DNA of 46,182 nt, from the NCBI GenBank assembly GCA_038128265.1, contig JAYPJE010000033.1, positions 1 to 46,182 of the forward strand. The letters are read 5' to 3'. The DNA is from Gemmatimonadota bacterium (GTDB taxonomy: Bacteria > Latescibacterota > UBA2968 > UBA8231). The notes beneath the pieces were generated by a model, which was not told where the DNA came from, made no database searches, and worked only from the letters and a program-made list of their open reading frames with translations. A program made the translations under genes and the position numbers. Below, piece by piece: positions 38,606 to 46,182 of the stretch (positions are counted from its first letter, which is position 1; each line of letters starts with the position of its first letter).

Positions 38606-39820
38606 TCATCTCCCTCTCTCCGTCGACCTAAGCGTTGGCCCCTTATCGAGCGTCTCCGGCACGAAAAAGGCGAGAATGGCCGCGCCAAACAGGCCAATCC
38701 CAGCCACTCCTAACGGTGCAAAGACCAGGCCAACAGCCTCCGCTATGGAACCGACAATGACCGGGCTGGCGGCGCTTCCGCCATCGCCGATAAAGCGCCA
38801 TAGGCCGAGAAATTCACCGCGCGCCCGCTCCGGCGCCAAATCGGCCCCCAGCGTCATCATAGTGCCCGAGCCCAGCCCGTTGCCCACGCCGATAAGACCG
38901 GCAACCAGCTGCAGCCCCCAGTAGGTATCAACCAGCGGAATCAGCGTCATGCCTACCGCCTGTATCGCAAAACTCGGCACGTAGGCAAACTTGCGGCCCA
39001 GGCTGTCCATAATTACGCCAGCCGGATAAAACATGAGCATATCGAGTGCCGAAGACACGCTTATGATAAGCCCCACGGCGCTGACTTCTAGGCCGAGTAC
39101 GTCCGCCGCATATAGGGGTATAATAACGTGGCGCGCCGAGCGTATGAGCTGAGCACAGAGCTGCCCCGAACCGGCCGTTAGTAGGGGCGTCATATGTGCG
39201 CGGAATACATCCCACAGCGAACCGTGCTGCACGACGTTCGGACCGGCCTCCTCGCCGTCGCTGCGCACCCAGAATAATACGGCAATAACTCCGAGTAAAC
39301 CGAGCAAGGCAAAAGCGAGAAAGGGCGCACGCAGGCCGTATTGGGCGCCGATCAACCCGCCCAGTGCCGGACCGGCAAAGGCGCCAACGCGACCGATGCC
39401 CCCCATAACCGCGATGGAGCGACCGCGGCGCTGTACCTGCACGAGATCGGCAATATACGCGTGACGCGAAATGCCCCACAGGGCGGCTCCCGCCCCCGAG
39501 ACCAGCCTAAAAAAAATGACCAGTGCCAGCTCATCAACCCAGAAGAGGGCCAACGCCCCCACAATGCTGCACCCGGCCCCAAGCAGCATCGACGTCTTGT
39601 GCCCCAAGCGGCGAATCAGCACACCGGCCGGCATATCGCTGATCAACGTGCCCGCGCTTTCGGCTGCCAGCACGAGCCCCACCAAGCCGTACGAGACGTC
39701 GAAGGAGCGCACGTACAGCGGCATGATGGGCAGCAACAGCCCCTTGCTAATGGCCAAGACCAGCGCGGGCACGTAAACGGCCAGCACTAAATGGCGAGAA
39801 TCACTCCCGTGCGTTGACAA
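38606..39820 (-). CDS. MFS transporter
   Basis: About 12 hydrophobic segments, motif-A-like G.LIRRLGHK and GVIMDSLGRK. GGGAGG RBS before TTG. Confidence 0.92.
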   Translation of the reverse strand: MSTHGSDSRHLVLAVYVPALVLAISKGLLLPIMPLYVRSFDVSYGLVGLVLAAESAGTLISDMPAGVLIRRLGHKTSMLLGAGCSIVGALALFWVDELALVIFFRLVSGAGAALWGISRHAYIADLVQVQRRGRSIAVMGGIGRVGAFAGPALGGLIGAQYGLRAPFLAFALLGLLGVIAVLFWVRSDGEEAGPNVVQHGSLWDVFRAHMTPLLTAGSGQLCAQLIRSARHVIIPLYAADVLGLEVSAVGLIISVSSALDMLMFYPAGVIMDSLGRKFAYVPSFAIQAVGMTLIPLVDTYWGLQLVAGLIGVGNGLGSGTMMTLGADLAPERARGEFLGLWRFIGDGGSAASPVIVGSIAEAVGLVFAPLGVAGIGLFGAAILAFFVPETLDKGPTLRSTERGR

Positions 39821-39886
39821 AACCCCTCCCCAATCGCACCGACAAAAACTAGCTTCTGCAGTCCGCGGCTACCCATACCGCACACC

Positions 39887-40807
39887 CTACCCCCGCAGCG
39901 CGGCGACCTCTTCCTCTGTCAGCACGGCCGCCCCCGCCTCGGCGTTGGAGCGAGCCTGCGCAGGTGATTTGGCACCGGGAATGGCGATGGGGCCGGCCGA
40001 GTGCGAAATGACGTAGCGAAGCGCAGCACGAACCATCTCTGGTCCCGGCTCGACCACGCCCTTTAACCGCTCGACCTGGTCGAGCATGCGCTTATAGGCT
40101 GCGCGATCGCTTCCTCCCGCATTATAGCCGGCCCGCACATCGTCTGCGAAGGTGCTGCGTAGATCGTAGCCGCCCGACAGCAGGCCCTTCGCCAGCGGAC
40201 CGCGCACCATAACGGCAATGCCGTGCTCCTCGCAGTAGGGCAGAAACGCCTCTTCCGGCTGGCGATTAAGCAGCGAATAGTCGACCTGTACTACCGCGCA
40301 CTGACCGTCGCGATTAAAGCGCTTGACCACATCCAAGCTGTTGGTCGAAATGCCGAATGCGCGCAGGCGCCCCTCTTCGACCAGGGCGGCAAAGGCTTCC
40401 AGGTAAATTGAGGGATCGTCAATACCTCCTTCGTGGCACAGCAGCACGTCGTGCCAGTCACAGCGCAGGCGGTGCAGGGACGCGTGGGCGCAGAGGCGGA
40501 TCATATCAACCGTTGTCTTGGGCACTTCCTGACCCGTGCGCTTGCCCCAATTGCCGATTTTACTGACCAAGATAACGCGGTGTCGCACGCCGACGAGCGC
40601 GCGCCCCAGGCGTTCTTCCGATAGGCCGTTTGGCAACCCATACGACTCGGCCGTATCGAATAAATTGACGCCGCATTCCAGCGCTGAGCGAATTGTCGCC
40701 GACGCCGTTTGCTCGTCGACGGCACCCCACTGGTTGCCAATATTCCAGGTCCCCAATCCAACGGCCGACACCTGCCAGCCGGTCTTGCCAAACGGTCTGT
40801 ATAACAC
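39887..40807 (-). CDS. Aldo/keto reductase
   Basis: VSAVGLGTW, GVNLFDTAESYG...SE, VSKIG, YSLL.R, IPGAKS. Confidence 0.93.
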   Translation of the reverse strand: MLYRPFGKTGWQVSAVGLGTWNIGNQWGAVDEQTASATIRSALECGVNLFDTAESYGLPNGLSEERLGRALVGVRHRVILVSKIGNWGKRTGQEVPKTTVDMIRLCAHASLHRLRCDWHDVLLCHEGGIDDPSIYLEAFAALVEEGRLRAFGISTNSLDVVKRFNRDGQCAVVQVDYSLLNRQPEEAFLPYCEEHGIAVMVRGPLAKGLLSGGYDLRSTFADDVRAGYNAGGSDRAAYKRMLDQVERLKGVVEPGPEMVRAALRYVISHSAGPIAIPGAKSPAQARSNAEAGAAVLTEEEVAALRG

Positions 40808-40816
40808 GGCGGCCTC

Positions 40817-41203
40817 CTACACCATCGGCGTTGCGCGCTGCGTCAGCTGGATGGCAAACCCCCAAGGATCGCGCAGCATCGCCAGCGTGTCGCCAGCCGG
40901 AGTTGGCCCCGGCCCTCCGACCAACTGGGCGCCGGCCTGTTCCAAGCGCCCGATGGTGCCTTGCATATCTTCTACGGCAAACGCCATGTGCAAAACCTGC
41001 GGGTCTTGCGAGGCATAATCGGGAATAAGCTCGGGCGGATTGTTGTAGAGCTCGATAACTACGCGCCCCGTAGAATCGGCCAAAAAGTGCATGAAGACGG
41101 GCCCCTCGCTCTGGCGCACCACACGCATCTGCAAATGGTCGACATACCACTGGGCAACGGCCACAGGATCTTTCACATTGATGGCAAAATGTTCGAACTT
41201 CAC
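40817..41203 (-). CDS. VOC/glyoxalase family protein
   Basis: EHFAINV, IELY, LHMAF.V.D, RDPWGFAIQL. Confidence 0.9.
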   Translation of the reverse strand: MKFEHFAINVKDPVAVAQWYVDHLQMRVVRQSEGPVFMHFLADSTGRVVIELYNNPPELIPDYASQDPQVLHMAFAVEDMQGTIGRLEQAGAQLVGGPGPTPAGDTLAMLRDPWGFAIQLTQRATPMV

Positions 41204-41285
41204 TTTCGACCTCCCGATCTGTTATGATTTGATGTTGTTCCGCCTACTTTTTCGCCGTTTCAACCACCCGTTCACTACCCATTTC

Positions 41286-41313
41286 TTGCCCTTCTGCACA
41301 GCGCACTTATTAT
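41286..41313 (+). promoter_or_regulatory. Candidate sigma70 promoter for the HD-mnmA unit
   Basis: TTGCCC-N16-TATTAT in an AT-rich divergent intergenic region, 36 nt upstream of ATG 41350. Confidence 0.4.
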
Positions 41314-41349
41314 ATGTATTAAGATAGAACTACACCAATGTGGGAAACC

Positions 41350-41886
41350 ATGAGCACAATAATTGACGACGTCCTTGCACATTTTGCCCAGCGGGGCTAC
41401 CTCGAATACGGCGAGTCCGTAACCCAACTCGAGCACGCGCTGCAAACCGCCGCGTTGGCCCAACGCGAAGGCGCGCCCACAACCCTGGTCGCCGCCGCCC
41501 TGCTGCACGATATAGGCCATCTATTACACGAAGAAGACGCTGCCGAACGCGGCATTGACGCCGGCCATGAAGAGAGCGGTGCGGCCTATTTGTCCGGTCA
41601 TTTTCAGAGCGCGGCCATCGAGCCCGGCCGGCTACACGTAGCGGCCAAGCGCTATCTGTGCGCCGTTGATGCTTCCTACCTGAGCGGCCTATCCCCCGCA
41701 TCGGCGCACAGCCTCGAACTGCAGGGCGGGCCTTTTTCAGAGGGGGAAGCCGCCGAGTTTATGCGTCAACCCTACGCCGAGCACGCCGTGCGCCTGCGGC
41801 ACTGGGACGACTGCGGGAAGATACCGGGCCTGGACGTTCCAACCATAGACCACTTCGTTCCCCACTTGCGGGCGTGCCTGCTGTGA
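41350..41886 (+). CDS. PhnZ/TmpB-like HD-domain mixed-valent diiron oxygenase
   Basis: EYGESVTQLEHALQ, LLHDIGH, HEESGA, HVAAKRYL, LSPAS.HSL.LQGG, R.WDD.GK. Confidence 0.88.
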   Translation: MSTIIDDVLAHFAQRGYLEYGESVTQLEHALQTAALAQREGAPTTLVAAALLHDIGHLLHEEDAAERGIDAGHEESGAAYLSGHFQSAAIEPGRLHVAAKRYLCAVDASYLSGLSPASAHSLELQGGPFSEGEAAEFMRQPYAEHAVRLRHWDDCGKIPGLDVPTIDHFVPHLRACLL

Positions 41887-42935
41887 GAGTAGCTCTACTC
41901 CTATCGGGCGGCGTCGACAGCTCACTGGCCCTGCACCTGCTGGCGCGTCAGCCCGACGTCGAGGTTCAGGCGTTCTACCTCAAAATTTGGCTTGAAGACG
42001 AGTTGGCCTTTCTCGGCGACTGCCCGTGGGAAGAGGATTTGCGCTACGCACGGGCCGTCTGTCAGCAGCTCGACGTGCCCCTTCACACCGTGCCCCTGCA
42101 AACGGAGTATCGACAGCGCATCGTCGAACACGCTCTAGCCGAACTGCGCGCCGGCCGCACGCCAAGCCCCGATATCTTCTGCAACGAACGCATTAAATTT
42201 GGCGCCTTTTTTGACCACCTAGACGACGCATTCGACAAGGTGGCTTCAGGGCACTACGCACAAATTACCCAGCGCGGCGACGCCTTCTTACTGCAGCGCG
42301 CACCCGACCCCGTAAAAGATCAGACGTACTTTCTGTCAAACTTGCATCAGCAACAGCTAGCCCGTCTGATTTTTCCTATCGGCCACCTCCACAAAGCCCA
42401 AGTGCGCTCTCTGGCCAACGAATCGTCCGTACCCGCAAGAGACCGAAAAGACAGCCAGGGCATATGCTTCCTCGGCAAAATAAACTACCGCGACTTTGTT
42501 TCTTTCCATCTAGGTGAGCAGAGCGGCCCTATTGTTGAACGCGAAAGCGGAGAAGTAAAGGGAGCACATCGCGGCTACTGGTTCCACACCATTGGCCAGC
42601 GGCACGGCCTTGGACTGGGCGGCGGACCCTGGTACGTAGTGGGCAAAGATCCCGAGCGCAATACGGTCTTTATTTCGCATTATGCATGCCGAGAAAACCA
42701 CCTGCGCGACCAATTGGACGTGGAGCAAATCAATTGGATAGGCAATACCCCAAGGGACGGCGATCTGCACGTCAAGCTGCGCCACGGACCCGAGCAGATT
42801 CCCTGCCGCGTCGACCTGCAGTCGGAGCGCCGGGCCCGGCTTGCACTGGGACACCCCGATCCTGGGATCGCCTCTGGCCAGCACGCCGTATTCTACGACG
42901 GCGATATCTGCCTGGGTGGAGGAATTATTGCCTAA
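41883..42935 (+). CDS. mnmA: tRNA-specific 2-thiouridylase
   Basis: SGGVDSS, TPSPDIFCN..IKFG, SGHYA, KDQTYFL, KDSQGICF, HTIGQR.GL, GQ.AVFY. GTG overlaps the HD gene stop (GTGA). Confidence 0.96.
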   Translation: MRVALLLSGGVDSSLALHLLARQPDVEVQAFYLKIWLEDELAFLGDCPWEEDLRYARAVCQQLDVPLHTVPLQTEYRQRIVEHALAELRAGRTPSPDIFCNERIKFGAFFDHLDDAFDKVASGHYAQITQRGDAFLLQRAPDPVKDQTYFLSNLHQQQLARLIFPIGHLHKAQVRSLANESSVPARDRKDSQGICFLGKINYRDFVSFHLGEQSGPIVERESGEVKGAHRGYWFHTIGQRHGLGLGGGPWYVVGKDPERNTVFISHYACRENHLRDQLDVEQINWIGNTPRDGDLHVKLRHGPEQIPCRVDLQSERRARLALGHPDPGIASGQHAVFYDGDICLGGGIIA

Positions 42936-43930
42936 GCCATCGTATCGAGCATCTCTATCGATACGGCGTAGCGCAGCGCCTCCCCGCGCGTCCAGCGCTC
43001 AAACTCCTCCCACACGTAGTCGGCCATGCGCACCACTTCATCCCCTAGCGAACCGGCAATATGCGAACTCAACTGCACGTTGGGCAGCGCGTAGAGCGGC
43101 GAGGTCTTTTCAGGTGGTTCGGGAAAGGTCACGTCAAGCAACGCCGTCAGGTCGGGACGCACCGAAAGGACATCAATCAATTCGTCCTCGACCACCTGTG
43201 CCCCACGCCCCGTGTTGATAAAGGTCGCATGCTCGCGCATCGATGCGAAGAGCGAACGTCCGAGCATTCCCTGCGTCGAAGGGATATTGGGCAAGTGGTT
43301 ACTCACGACGTACGAACGGGCAAAAAGCTCCGATAGATCGACCATTTCTACCCCTAATTCGGCGGCCAGCGCCGGCCCAATATAGGGGTCGTGGCCGACG
43401 ACCCGCAGGTTGAACGTCTGCAGCAGACGGCACAGCGCCTGCCCCACCATACCGATACCAATGAGTCCAACCGTCTCACCAAAAACACCTGCCCCGCGAA
43501 AAGCCTTTCCGGCATGGCGCACGTCGGGATCTCGGCAGGCGCGCGCATTGCGGAAATAGCCCTTGCAGGACAGCAGTATTTGCCCAAGACAGAACTCTGC
43601 GACCGGCACCGCATTGGCGGCCCAGGCACTGACAACGACCACGTCGCGGTCAAGAAACGGACGCGCAAAGGACTGCACCGACCCCGCCGCGTAAAAGATT
43701 GCTCGAAGCTCCGGCATGAGCGCGAGTTCCCTTTCGCCAAAAGCCGGCATGCCCCACGTTGAAAAGGCAACCTCTACATCAGCCAGAGCGGCGGCGTGTT
43801 GGTCAAAATTAGCCGTTCCCACTACGTGGGGATAGAGGTCGACGTGAGCACCTATGTGCTCTCTTCTGCCGCGCGCATATACCCGATCAAGCTGATGCGC
43901 CGCATCGGAAAAAAAAGCCGCTTTAATCAT
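42932..43930 (-). CDS. D-isomer-specific 2-hydroxyacid dehydrogenase family protein
   Basis: GLIGIGMVG, FINTGRG, LDVT.PEP, SSHIAGS (Arg-Glu-His set). GGGAG RBS. Confidence 0.92.
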   Translation of the reverse strand: MIKAAFFSDAAHQLDRVYARGRREHIGAHVDLYPHVVGTANFDQHAAALADVEVAFSTWGMPAFGERELALMPELRAIFYAAGSVQSFARPFLDRDVVVVSAWAANAVPVAEFCLGQILLSCKGYFRNARACRDPDVRHAGKAFRGAGVFGETVGLIGIGMVGQALCRLLQTFNLRVVGHDPYIGPALAAELGVEMVDLSELFARSYVVSNHLPNIPSTQGMLGRSLFASMREHATFINTGRGAQVVEDELIDVLSVRPDLTALLDVTFPEPPEKTSPLYALPNVQLSSHIAGSLGDEVVRMADYVWEEFERWTRGEALRYAVSIEMLDTMA

Positions 43931-44190
43931 TTATCTCCCTACCGTTCACACGTATTCTTCGGGTTTAATTCGACTCCGTTTAGCCACCGGTGATGGGATG
44001 TGTAACCGGCACTCAATCACCAGACCAAAAACGCATTTACGGATACATTGTCCAGCCCCTTTCGCCGCGTAAGCTACCTAAACCAGCTTCTTCTCGCCGC
44101 ATGACCACCCAGTTGCCGACAGAGGTACCCAGTGGACGCCTTCCTCGGCGAACATTACTTTAGTGCGCAAAAAATGGAGGAGTGCACGCG

Positions 44191-45369
44191 ATGATTCGCC
44201 TCGGTGTTATTGGATACGGTGGTCGCATTCACGGCATGATCGCCAACAATTTTCGCGCATTGGACCCAGACCTTCGCGTCACCGCGATTGTCGACCCCAA
44301 TGAACAGGGCGTGCGCCAGCGGCTGGATGCATGCGATCGCGAAGCGGTCTTTTACAACGATGTGAACAGCCTTCTGCGCCAGGCCCCCATCGACGCGCTG
44401 GCCATCGGCACGCGCTGCAACCTCCACGCGCGCTACGCGATTCAGGTGGCTGCTGGCGACCTGCCGCTCTTTCTCGAAAAACCCGTTGCCATCGACCTGC
44501 GGCAGGCCACGGCGCTCGAAAAAGCCTTTGCCAATAGCCGCTGCCCCGCTGTCGTGAGCTTCCCCCTGCGCGTATCGCCCCTCTGCGAACTGGCCCGCAC
44601 GTATGTGAGCGAAGGGGCCGTAGGTAACCCCGTGCACATTGCCGCAACCAATTACGTGCCCTACGGCACGGTGTATTGGGAAGCACCCTATCGCGACTAC
44701 GCTGTTACCGGTGGCCTCTTCCTACAGAAAGCTACACATGACTTTGACTATTTGATGTACCTGATGGGCGAACCCATCGTACGCGTAGCGGCTATGGCTA
44801 CGCGCGGCCACGTATTTGGCGGCAATAAAAAGAGCGGGCTGTTCTGCTCGCAGTGCGATGACAGCGCCACCTGCAAGGAAAGTCCGGACAACCGCCAGCG
44901 CAGCGGGACCTCTGGATCGCAGTCCGACCACCGCTGCCTCTTTGCCCGCGACTGCGGTCGCGCGGACGACGGCACCCTCAACGAGGACTGTTCATCGGCC
45001 CTGCTCGAGTTTGCCTCCGGCGCCCACGGCGTCTACACGCAGGTATTTTACGCGCGGCGCGATGCCGGCCAGCGCGGTGCAACCATTAGCGGCTACGACG
45101 GCACCGTGCACTTCGACTGGTACCGCGGCGACCTGCACCGCGTGCGCCACCACGCCCCCTTTAGCGCCACGGAAGTGGCCAGCGGCGGCGCCAGCCACTT
45201 TGGCGGCGACCTGCAGCTAGCGCGCGATTTTATAGACCTTATAGAGGGCCGTATAAAAGAATCCCGCACGCCCATTGCCACCGGAATTCAGAGCGCCTAT
45301 GCCTGCTTGGCCGCACGCGAATCGGCCCAGAAAAATCGCTATATCGCCGTGCGCCAAGTCGGCTTCTAA
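44191..45369 (+). CDS. Gfo/Idh/MocA family oxidoreductase with Cys-rich insert
   Basis: GVIGYGGR, FLEKP, GGLFLQKATHDFD, HFGGD, insert CSQC..C..C..C. GGAGGAG RBS. Confidence 0.9.
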   Translation: MIRLGVIGYGGRIHGMIANNFRALDPDLRVTAIVDPNEQGVRQRLDACDREAVFYNDVNSLLRQAPIDALAIGTRCNLHARYAIQVAAGDLPLFLEKPVAIDLRQATALEKAFANSRCPAVVSFPLRVSPLCELARTYVSEGAVGNPVHIAATNYVPYGTVYWEAPYRDYAVTGGLFLQKATHDFDYLMYLMGEPIVRVAAMATRGHVFGGNKKSGLFCSQCDDSATCKESPDNRQRSGTSGSQSDHRCLFARDCGRADDGTLNEDCSSALLEFASGAHGVYTQVFYARRDAGQRGATISGYDGTVHFDWYRGDLHRVRHHAPFSATEVASGGASHFGGDLQLARDFIDLIEGRIKESRTPIATGIQSAYACLAARESAQKNRYIAVRQVGF

Positions 45370-45385
45370 ACAGGAGCATATCGAC

Positions 45386-46174
45386 ATGACCAACACGCCG
45401 CAAACAACCCGTGCCCTGAGCGAAGCGCAAATAGACGACTTTCGCATGCGTGGCTACCTGCGCATCGGCCCCCTACTCGACGCCGATACAGTCGAAGTGC
45501 TGCGCGGCGAGTACGATCGCGTCTTTGCCGAAGCGCGCCAGAGCAATCGCTTTCGCAACTTAGCCATCTCTGACACGGATGCGATAGAAGACAAGCTGAG
45601 TGCTCCGGAACAGATGCTGCAAATCACGCAAGTCTGCGAGCGCAGCTTGGCCTTCCGCCACCTGCTCTACGACGCCCGCATTCTCGACATCGCCGAAGAT
45701 TTAATCGGGCCCAATATACAGCTCTTTCACGATCAAGCGCTCTTCAAGCCAGCGCACCACGGCGGCGCCGTCTATTGGCACCAAGACAATGCCTACTGGC
45801 GCTGCCACCCGGCCCAGTTGGTTAGCTGCTGGCTCACCTTGGACGACGTCGATGAAAGCAACGGCGCCATGCACCTGATCCCCGAATCGCATCTGCGCGG
45901 TCTCGGCGGTCAGCACGAGCGGGCGCAGAGCACAAACGCGCTGCTCGACGCCCGTTCACACGTGGACGAAGAACAGGCCGTGGTCATCGACCTACCTGCC
46001 GGTGGGGCGCTGTTTCACCACTGTCAAACCATGCACTATACCCCGCCCAACCACACGCCGCGCCAGCGCCGGGCATTTGCCATACACCTAATGCCACCGG
46101 GCACGCGTTCGGGCCATAGCGGCGAGCATCTGGCCGTATCGTTTGCGCGGCCCATGCTGCGCATGCACCTGTAA
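45386..46174 (+). CDS. PhyH-family Fe(II)/2-oxoglutarate dioxygenase
   Basis: DQALFKP, WHQDNAYW, SNGAMHLIPESH, HYTPPN.T...RRA. AGGAG RBS before ATG 45386. Confidence 0.92.
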   Translation: MTNTPQTTRALSEAQIDDFRMRGYLRIGPLLDADTVEVLRGEYDRVFAEARQSNRFRNLAISDTDAIEDKLSAPEQMLQITQVCERSLAFRHLLYDARILDIAEDLIGPNIQLFHDQALFKPAHHGGAVYWHQDNAYWRCHPAQLVSCWLTLDDVDESNGAMHLIPESHLRGLGGQHERAQSTNALLDARSHVDEEQAVVIDLPAGGALFHHCQTMHYTPPNHTPRQRRAFAIHLMPPGTRSGHSGEHLAVSFARPMLRMHL

Positions 46175-46182
46175 AAGCGCAT

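Overview
A 46-kb, GC-rich, gene-dense bacterial chromosomal segment with about 48 CDS. I saw no rRNA, tRNA, CRISPR array, integrase or transposase. Housekeeping genes are serS, folD, purU, pdxH, ppc, gntK and mnmA. There is a nine-gene Mrp/Mnh cation:H+ antiporter operon of the split type (E-F-G-B'B-C-D-D-x-D). Many genes encode orphan catabolic enzymes: three PhyH-type Fe/2OG dioxygenases, three NAD-dependent epimerase/dehydratases, two Gfo/Idh/MocA oxidoreductases, a BNR sialidase-like protein, GH51, an amidase, a GGT, an aldo/keto reductase, an amidohydrolase, a nucleoside hydrolase and a PhnZ-like HD oxygenase. This paralogue-rich style together with a DUF4159 protein resembles Latescibacterota/Poribacteria-like heterotrophs (inference only). 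The best novelty candidates are: (1) a protein fusing a stand-alone Tpt1/KptA-like NAD+-binding ADP-ribosyltransferase-fold lobe to HEAT repeats (3213-4289); (2) a compact candidate small RNA between convergent genes (about 15322-15395); (3) a tightly coupled operon running from a degenerate alginate-lyase homologue through an amidase, GH51, two PhyH enzymes (one with an HxH metal motif) and GGT to purU; (4) a PhnZ-like oxygenase translationally coupled to mnmA. All calls come from motif recognition by eye; no searches were run.
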